A DNA stretch of 32,000 nucleotides from Pseudodesulfovibrio piezophilus C1TLV30 (lineage in GTDB: Bacteria > Desulfobacterota > Desulfovibrionia > Desulfovibrionales > Desulfovibrionaceae), in contig NC_020409.1 of the NCBI RefSeq assembly GCF_000341895.1, positions 2,940,001 through 2,972,000 on the forward strand, read 5' to 3'. The notes beneath the pieces are model-generated. The model made no database searches and was not told the origin of the DNA. It saw only the letters and a list, made by a program, of their open reading frames with translations. Positions 25,890 to 32,000 of this stretch are shown piece by piece (position 1 is the first letter of the stretch; each line of letters opens with the position of its first letter). A program made the position numbers and the translations under genes.

Positions 25890-27035
25890 ATGCCTGATGA
25901 AAGTTTTGACCTGAGTATTGCGGAGAACGGTCCTCGTTGTCTTTTCTTCAGTGGTGGAACAGCACTTCGCGGAGTCTCCCGAGAGCTGATGCGTCATACG
26001 GCCAATTCGGTGCATGTTATCACTCCCTATGATTCCGGGGGAAGCTCGGCCGTGTTGCGACGGGCTTTCGGCATGCCGGCGGTTGGTGATATCAGGAATC
26101 GGCTTATGGCTCTTGCGGATTTGTCAGAAAAGGGCGGACGTGAGATTTTCGCCTTGTTTACCTATCGTTTTTCCAGAAAGGAATCGAATGCTGACCTTGC
26201 TGCGGAATTACGACGCATTGCTCAAGGAAAACATATTCTGGTCAATTTGTTGCCGGAGACAAAGCGGCCACTCATTCAGGACCATATACAATATTTTTTG
26301 CAAGTGATGCCCGCTGATTTTGATCTGCGCGGTGCCAGTATAGGCAACATTGTGCTGACTGCGGGATATCTTTCCCATGGCCGCCGTCTGGCTCCGGTTA
26401 TCGAAATATTTTCGCGATTGGCCGGGGTTCGCGGTGCGGTTTGTCCTGCGGTTGACAGGGACCTGCACCTGGCGGCGGAACTGGCTGACGGGGATATTGT
26501 TGTGGGACAGCATCTGCTGACCGGCAAGGAGACTGGCCCTTTATCCAGCCCCATTAAGCGGGTGTGGCAAACACAAGCATTGGATTCGGCAGCCCCTGTT
26601 GTCTCTTCGGCGGAGAGGGACGTCTGTGCTCATATAGAAAGCGCTGATCTGATCTGCTACCCAGTGGGAAGTTTTTACAGTAGCGTGGTTGCCAATCTTC
26701 TGCCGCAGGGCATAGGAGCATGTGTGGCTGCAAATCCCTGTCCGAAGGTCTTTGTTCCCAATCCGGTCGGAGATCCCGAACTCCTGGGGCATGGCGTGAC
26801 CGATCAGGTCCGCGTGTTACGCCGATATCTCCAACTCAGCGGTGCCCCTGAAGCGGCGGAAGTTTTGGGAATCGTGCTGGTTGACAGGAATCAGCCCTAT
26901 CCGGGCGGCTTGGATATTTCCGCTTTGGAGCATCTCGGTGTGACGGTTGTTGACACATCTCTCGCATCCGCCGAAAGTGCTCCCTGTTTTGATCCGGTTC
27001 TGCTAACGGAAGCGTTGTTGTCTTGTCTCCCGTAA
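25890..27035 (+). CDS. CofD/YvcK-superfamily (UPF0052-like) protein, 'GAK system CofD-like' type
   Basis: 381 aa, starting 8 nt after the previous stop with GGTGGG upstream. CofD-like signatures are CLFFSGGTALRGVS, VITPYDSGGSSAVLRRAFGMPAVGDIRNRL and GNIVLTAGYL. Confidence 0.75.
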   Translation: MPDESFDLSIAENGPRCLFFSGGTALRGVSRELMRHTANSVHVITPYDSGGSSAVLRRAFGMPAVGDIRNRLMALADLSEKGGREIFALFTYRFSRKESNADLAAELRRIAQGKHILVNLLPETKRPLIQDHIQYFLQVMPADFDLRGASIGNIVLTAGYLSHGRRLAPVIEIFSRLAGVRGAVCPAVDRDLHLAAELADGDIVVGQHLLTGKETGPLSSPIKRVWQTQALDSAAPVVSSAERDVCAHIESADLICYPVGSFYSSVVANLLPQGIGACVAANPCPKVFVPNPVGDPELLGHGVTDQVRVLRRYLQLSGAPEAAEVLGIVLVDRNQPYPGGLDISALEHLGVTVVDTSLASAESAPCFDPVLLTEALLSCLP

Positions 27036-27086
27036 TTTACAAATGACGCGGGGCGGGATAGAGTTATTTCAATCGGAGGACTCACC

Positions 27087-28082
27087 ATGAAAGCCATGCT
27101 GCTTGAGACATATGGGGACGGGTATGATTTCGTACAACATGATGTGTCGCGTCCGGTTCCCATGCCCGGACAAGTGCTCATTCGGGTTGTCGGATCAAGT
27201 TTCAATCCTATCGATAACAAGATAGCGACGCTTGGTGATCAACTCGGCTTCGCTCCTGCGCTTCCTGCAATACTCGGCATGGATGTGGCCGGGATTGTCG
27301 AGGACGTTGGTGGAGGAATGTCCCGGTTCCAGCCTGGTGATGCTGTCTTTGGCTGTGCCGGAGGGCTTGGCTCGATTCCAGGCGCTCTTGCCGAATTCAT
27401 GGTTGCGGACGAACGTTTGCTCGCTTTGGCTCCCACATGCATGGATTTGGCGGATGCGGCGGCTTTGCCGTTGGTCTCCATTACGGCCTGGCTCGGGTTG
27501 TTCAATAAAGCGAGGATTTCTTCTGGTGAAACACTGCTTGTCCAGGGTGGTGCGGGCGGCGTTGGGCATGTCGCGGTGCAGCTTGGCAGATATGCCGGGG
27601 CGCATGTTCATGCAACCGTCTCCGGCGATACCAAAGGGGCAGTCGTCGAAAGCCTCGGTGGTATTCCCGTGAATTATCATGATGTCGAGATGGCTGAATT
27701 AGTGGCCGATACACCGGAAGGGGAAGGTTTCAACGTAGTCTTTGATACTGTCGGCGGCAAGACTTTGGACGCGTCTTTCTTGGCAGCAGCCAATAATGGC
27801 AGAGTCATAACCACAGTTTCGCGGTCGACCCATGACCTGAGTTTGATGCATGCCAAAAGTCTTTCCCTGCATGTTGTCTTTATGCTTCTTCCCCTGTTTA
27901 CGGGAGAAGACAGGCATCCATACGGCCAGATTCTGGGCCAGATCGCCACCTTGGTCGAACAAGATGCCCTGGCAATTCTACTCGACCAGGAACGGTTTTC
28001 CTACACGGATATAGGGCAGGCCCATCGGTATTGGGCATCAGGTGAAGCCATGGGTAAGATTGTCATCGATGTTGCCGACTAG
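27087..28082 (+). CDS. medium-chain dehydrogenase/reductase, NADPH:quinone-oxidoreductase type
   Basis: 331 aa with GGAGG upstream. It has a GroES-like N-domain (GQVLIRVVGSSFNPIDNK) and a Rossmann motif (VQGGAGGVGHVAVQLGRYAGAHV). No catalytic-zinc Cys/His ligand pattern is visible. Confidence 0.88.
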   Translation: MKAMLLETYGDGYDFVQHDVSRPVPMPGQVLIRVVGSSFNPIDNKIATLGDQLGFAPALPAILGMDVAGIVEDVGGGMSRFQPGDAVFGCAGGLGSIPGALAEFMVADERLLALAPTCMDLADAAALPLVSITAWLGLFNKARISSGETLLVQGGAGGVGHVAVQLGRYAGAHVHATVSGDTKGAVVESLGGIPVNYHDVEMAELVADTPEGEGFNVVFDTVGGKTLDASFLAAANNGRVITTVSRSTHDLSLMHAKSLSLHVVFMLLPLFTGEDRHPYGQILGQIATLVEQDALAILLDQERFSYTDIGQAHRYWASGEAMGKIVIDVAD

Positions 28083-28343
28083 AGATGCCTCATCGGCTTT
28101 TTGCTTTCCGCCAAAAATCACGAATTGTACAAATCATTTAATATACCGAACAATTTCCGTTATGAAGGGTGTGGAAAACACCGAAACCTGTCGGGATTGT
28201 TGGTGTAAATATAATTTGCGGCTTGACAAAAACGGGCCGTGAGTAAATGCTGAAAAAGTTAAAAATGGTACAGTGTTGCGGCGCATGCAGGGTGCCCCGT
28301 CTCCCAATTGTTTTACCATTCAATCCAGAGTCAGGCGCTCATT

Positions 28344-30755
28344 ATGTCTTCAGAAAACAATATACCTCCCAAAACCGAAACGGCTCAGCTCTCGAATTCC
28401 ACACGTCAAGGAACCGGGGGCGGGGTGGAAGACACTTCCAAAAGTGCTGAGGCTTTTTCCGGGCCTCCTCCCGGCAAAAAAATCGGGGCTGGTTCCACCA
28501 CACAAGGCCAGCAGAAAGCTGCCGCTGCCGCCGAAGGGACGCAAGGAGCGGCTCAGGCCGGACCACCTTCTCCCCCGACGGGACAACAGCCAAGCGGGCC
28601 TGACCTTGAACGTGATGAACGTCTGTCGCCCAAGGATATCGATTTTCAACCACCTTTGGTGATCTGCCTGTCGATCATCAGCCGTCTGATGGGCAAGCCT
28701 GTTTCTTCGGCAACGCTCAAAGCAGGTATTCCCCAACAGGATGGTGTTATCACGGCCGCTTCCATAGTCCGGGCTGCCGGCCGTATAGGCATCCGGGCCA
28801 AAACCGTGCATCGTGGAGATCTTCGTTCCATTACCAAACTGGTACTGCCATGTATTCTGCTCTTGCGAGGGGGTAATGCCTGTGTCCTGATTGATACGGA
28901 TGATAAGATGGCCCGAGTCATGGTCCCCGGACAGGGAATGGACGAGACGGAGATGGATTTGGCGACTCTGGAATCGGAGTACACCGGATACGCCATTTTG
29001 TGTCATCGCGAGTCCAAGCTTGACAAGCGGGCGAGTGAACTGAAACTCGTCAAGACCAAACGGTGGTTCTGGGGGGCCATGCTTCAGTTTTGGCCAATAT
29101 ATCGCCATGTCATCGCTGCTTCCATCATGACCAACATGATTATCGTGGCTTCACCGCTCTTTGTCATGAATGTGTATGACCGGGTTATCCCCAATAATGC
29201 CGTGGAAACTCTCTGGGCACTGGCCATCGGCATCTGTCTTGCGTATATATTTGATTTTACGCTCAAAAATCTGCGGTCTTATTTTGTCGATGTGGCGGGG
29301 AGGAATGCCGACGTTCTGATCGGGAGCCGTATCATGCAGCATCTTATGTCAGCTCGGTTGGACCATATGCCCGAGTCTGCCGGGGCTGTCGCCAACAACG
29401 TGCGTGAGTTTGAATCATTGCGCGAGTTTTTCAGCTCCAGTTCGCTGGTGGCGCTTATTGACATGCCTTTTTTGCTCCTGTTCATTCTGGTCATCCATTT
29501 TATCGGTGGGCCTATTGCCTGGCCCATCTATATCGCAGTGCCTTTGGTTATTCTGTTCGGGGTGTGCCTTCAGATTCCCTTTCAGCACATCATTGAGAAT
29601 CACTACAAGGAATCGACCCAGAAACATGCGCTGCTCTTCGAAATAGTGCAGGGACTGGAGACCATCAAGACCTCCATGGCCGAGGGCCGGATGCAGGGGC
29701 GGTGGGAAAACGTCGTCGGGATGTCGGCCATGTCCAACAGCCGGGCCAAGATTTTGGCGAATATCTCTGTTACCTTCTCCATTTTTGTCACGCAGATGGT
29801 TTCGGTTTCGATTATTATCATCGGTGTTTTTCTCATTTCCAAGGGTGAATTAACCGTGGGTGGACTGATTGCCTGCAACATTCTCTCTGGGCGGGCAATG
29901 GCTCCTCTGAGTGCAGTCGCGGGATTATTGTCCCGTTTTCAGCAATCGCGCATGGCACTCAATGCACTCGATATGCTCATGGAGATGCCGAGTGAGCGGC
30001 CGACCGAAAAGGAAACGTTTCATTATGGTGCCGTGGAAAGTTCCTTGCAACTTGAGAATGTTTCCTTCAGCTACCCTGGAACAGACAAGGCCGTTCTTCA
30101 TGACATCAATTTGAATCTCAAGCCCGGTGACAAGGTCGGTATTGTCGGCCGAACCGGGGCAGGTAAATCCACCCTCGGCAAACTGATAGTCGGTCTTTAC
30201 CAGCCGCTCAGTGGTGCGGTGAAGGTTGGTAATATCGATCTGCGTCAAATGGATGTGGCAGATTTACGGCGTAAGGTGGGATATGTCTCGCAGGATTCCC
30301 TGCTTTTTTACGGGACACTCAAGGATAATCTTGCTTTCGGGTTGCCGGAAGCAGATGACCAGACGATCAAGGAGGCGGCTGATATCGCCGGGGTCAATGA
30401 TTTCGTCAAGGATCATCCTGCTGGATTCGGCATGATGGTGGGAGAGCGGGGGACTTCGCTGTCAGGTGGGCAACGCCAAGCGGTTTCCGTGGCTCGGGCC
30501 ATTTTACCCGATCCTGAAATTCTGATTATGGATGAACCTTCCAGCAATATGGACAATCAGTCGGAATATCGGCTCAAGTCAAAGCTTGAGCCATTTGTCA
30601 GGGAGAAGACTCTCATCGTGATTACACATCGTCATTCCATGTTGGACTTGGTGAACAGGCTGGTTATCATGGATAAAGGGCGCATCGTTGTTGATGGGCC
30701 GAAGAAGGCTGTTCTCGACGGGTTGCGATCCGGCAAGATCAAGGTCAACATGTGA
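28344..30755 (+). CDS. type I secretion system permease/ATPase with a non-catalytic C39-like N-domain (LssB/LapB-like) and a disordered N-terminal extension
   Basis: The track ORF begins at a TTG (28308), and the first ATG is at 28344. The C39-like domain (PPLVICLSIISRLMGKPVSSATLKAG...YTGYAILC) has no evident Cys-His catalytic context. Six-TM region follows. The ABC motifs are GRTGAGKST, LSGGQRQ, ILIMDEP and ITHR. Confidence 0.9.
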   Translation: MSSENNIPPKTETAQLSNSTRQGTGGGVEDTSKSAEAFSGPPPGKKIGAGSTTQGQQKAAAAAEGTQGAAQAGPPSPPTGQQPSGPDLERDERLSPKDIDFQPPLVICLSIISRLMGKPVSSATLKAGIPQQDGVITAASIVRAAGRIGIRAKTVHRGDLRSITKLVLPCILLLRGGNACVLIDTDDKMARVMVPGQGMDETEMDLATLESEYTGYAILCHRESKLDKRASELKLVKTKRWFWGAMLQFWPIYRHVIAASIMTNMIIVASPLFVMNVYDRVIPNNAVETLWALAIGICLAYIFDFTLKNLRSYFVDVAGRNADVLIGSRIMQHLMSARLDHMPESAGAVANNVREFESLREFFSSSSLVALIDMPFLLLFILVIHFIGGPIAWPIYIAVPLVILFGVCLQIPFQHIIENHYKESTQKHALLFEIVQGLETIKTSMAEGRMQGRWENVVGMSAMSNSRAKILANISVTFSIFVTQMVSVSIIIIGVFLISKGELTVGGLIACNILSGRAMAPLSAVAGLLSRFQQSRMALNALDMLMEMPSERPTEKETFHYGAVESSLQLENVSFSYPGTDKAVLHDINLNLKPGDKVGIVGRTGAGKSTLGKLIVGLYQPLSGAVKVGNIDLRQMDVADLRRKVGYVSQDSLLFYGTLKDNLAFGLPEADDQTIKEAADIAGVNDFVKDHPAGFGMMVGERGTSLSGGQRQAVSVARAILPDPEILIMDEPSSNMDNQSEYRLKSKLEPFVREKTLIVITHRHSMLDLVNRLVIMDKGRIVVDGPKKAVLDGLRSGKIKVNM

Positions 30756-30762
30756 GGCCGTG

Positions 30763-32000
30763 ATGAGCAATAAAAAATTTGATAGAGAAACACTGCTGTT
30801 CATGTCCGAAGTGGATCAGGCCATGCATGGTTCCGGGCGAAAGCTTGCGTATCTGATGTCTGTTTCCATTGTGTTGATGTTCGTGGGTTTTCTGGTCTGG
30901 GCCAAGTTTGCCGTTCTGGATGAAGTGACGCGGGGGTTTGGCAAGATCATTCCATCCCAACGAATTCAGGAAATACAGAATCTCGAAGGCGGCATCCTGA
31001 GCGAAATTTATGTTGATGAAGGCCAGGTGGTCAAAAAAGGCGATGTCTTGTGCCGGTTGCATAATGAGCAGGCTGCCAGTTTTTACCGAGATGCCTTTGC
31101 AAAAGCGCTTGAGCATCGGGCGGCTATTGCTCGGTTGATAGCCATTGTTGAAGGGATTGAACCAGTCTTTGATGATGAATTGGTGGAAAAAGCGCCGCAG
31201 TTGGTGCAGGACCAGCGCCGTATTTATAAAGCCCAATTGGATCAGTTTGATATCGAAGTCAGTTTGCTCCAAGATCAATATGAGCAGAAGAACCAGGAAA
31301 TCAATGAGATGAAAGCGCGCCGCAACCAGCTCGATTCAAGCCTGAAAGTGGCAAAAAAACAGCGGGCTATTGCCAAACCATTGGTCGAGAAACATATTCA
31401 TTCAGAACTGGACTATCTGGCGCTTGAGCAAAAAGTACTGGAGTTGAACGGAGATGTTCAAGCCTTGAATTTAGGTATTCCCCGCGTGGAATCTGCGGCT
31501 CGTGAGGCAAAGGGACGTGTCGAGCAGCGCAAAGCCGAGTTTCGCAGTGCTGCACTGGAAGAAATCAACCAGCGTCGACAGGAACTGAGTTCTATTCGGG
31601 AATCCTTGAGTGCCGGAAGCGACAGAGTGACACGGACCGATGTTCGATCTCCGGTGAGAGGGATTGTCAAAACGATTCACATCAATACCTTGGGTGGTGT
31701 TGTTCAGCCTGGTGAGTCGATCATGGAAGTCGTTCCTTTGGATGACTCCCTGCTCGTCGAAGCCCGTATCAAACCTGCTGATATCGCTTTTCTTCATCCC
31801 AGACAGGCTGCCCAAGTTAAAATTACTGCATATGACTCAGCTATCTACGGTGGACTGGATGGGACTGTCGAGCATATCAGTGCGGATACCATTGCCGATG
31901 AACGAGGCGAAAATTATTATCTTGTGAAGGTCAGAACCTCGAAGAGTGTCATGGAATACCGTGGAGAAAGCCTTCCTATCATTCCGGGCATGACCGCTCA
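30763..32000 (+). CDS. HlyD-family type I secretion membrane-fusion protein (partial, continues beyond the window)
   Basis: Not in the track because the frame stays open to the window edge. The ATG at 30763 has GAGG 5 nt upstream and lies 8 nt after the ABC stop. Hand translation gives MSNKKFDRETLLFMSEVDQAMHGSGRKLAYLMSVSIVLMFVGFLVWAKFAVLDEVTRGFGKIIPSQRIQEIQNLEGGILSEIYVDEGQVVKKGDVL..., which is a TM anchor, a lipoyl-like motif and long coiled coils typical of HlyD. Confidence 0.88.
   Translation, partial: MSNKKFDRETLLFMSEVDQAMHGSGRKLAYLMSVSIVLMFVGFLVWAKFAVLDEVTRGFGKIIPSQRIQEIQNLEGGILSEIYVDEGQVVKKGDVLCRLHNEQAASFYRDAFAKALEHRAAIARLIAIVEGIEPVFDDELVEKAPQLVQDQRRIYKAQLDQFDIEVSLLQDQYEQKNQEINEMKARRNQLDSSLKVAKKQRAIAKPLVEKHIHSELDYLALEQKVLELNGDVQALNLGIPRVESAAREAKGRVEQRKAEFRSAALEEINQRRQELSSIRESLSAGSDRVTRTDVRSPVRGIVKTIHINTLGGVVQPGESIMEVVPLDDSLLVEARIKPADIAFLHPRQAAQVKITAYDSAIYGGLDGTVEHISADTIADERGENYYLVKVRTSKSVMEYRGESLPIIPGMTA

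Noticed and set aside
28266-28280. Sigma-54-like TGGTAC-AGTG-TTGCG upstream of the T1SS ABC gene
   Set aside because: GG and GC are separated by 9 nt and not the obligatory 10, and sigma-54 promoters do not tolerate this. A nearby TTGACA (28223-28228) also has only 14-15 nt to any -10-like hexamer, so no promoter call is made.
28247-28450. 67-aa Cys-containing ORF (MLKKLKMVQCCGACR...) and a 26-aa CRDCWC peptide (28162-28242) just upstream of the C39-like ABC transporter, considered as possible exported peptides
   Set aside because: Neither has a convincing RBS or a double-glycine leader. The first overlaps the ABC coding region by about 100 nt. The transporter's C39-like domain appears non-catalytic (LssB/LapB type), and that type exports large C-terminal-signal substrates and not leader peptides.
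1-32000. Window-wide look for CRISPR arrays, IS/transposase or integrase genes, prophage blocks, rRNA/tRNA genes and toxin-antitoxin pairs
   Set aside because: I saw no regularly spaced direct repeats, no terminal inverted repeats flanking a transposase-like ORF, no T-loop or anticodon-arm signatures and no small adjacent gene pairs of TA type. The only phage-related signatures are the two isolated CII-like genes.

Overview
This is a 32-kb chromosomal window of roughly 50% GC. Its gene content suggests a Desulfovibrionales-type sulfate reducer, which is inference only. That content is sigma-54 circuitry, two fused ADP-forming acetyl-CoA-synthetase-like genes, small phage-186-CII/CP76-like regulators and a long class II aldolase.

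Gene order from left to right:
- a small Cys-rich ORF that is missing from the ORF track
- a REC-GGDEF diguanylate cyclase (-)
- a tight three-gene + strand unit: a secreted DUF4139-like protein, a HAD-IIB-like phosphatase, and a beta-phosphoglucomutase::GH65 phosphorylase fusion
- ACD paralog 1 (-), ychF (+) and a class II aldolase (-)
- CII-like regulator 1 (-)
- a hybrid histidine kinase (-) broken by a 1-nt frameshift
- CII-like regulator 2 (-), driven by a textbook sigma-54 promoter with an upstream array of TGCGACAT half-sites
- about 350 nt of structured non-coding DNA
- a TetR gene (-) with tandem palindromic operators, then glnS (-)
- a periplasmic solute-binding protein (+) and ACD paralog 2 (+)
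- a GAF/sigma-54 activator whose start codon abuts a perfect sigma-54 promoter
- an uncharacterised cassette (a protein with a Cys-His tail plus a CofD-like protein, resembling the 'GAK system') followed by an MDR oxidoreductase
- the ABC and HlyD components of a type I secretion system, which run off the right edge

I recognised no rRNA, tRNA, CRISPR array, transposase or integrase.

The best candidates for undescribed biology are:
- the sigma-54-linked CofD-like cassette at 23.6-28.1 kb
- the CII-like pair bracketing the kinase, with its sigma-54 promoter and half-site array, at 13.3-16.9 kb
- the DUF4139/HAD/beta-PGM-GH65 unit at 1.8-7.7 kb

All family assignments come from reading motifs by eye. 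No searches were run.
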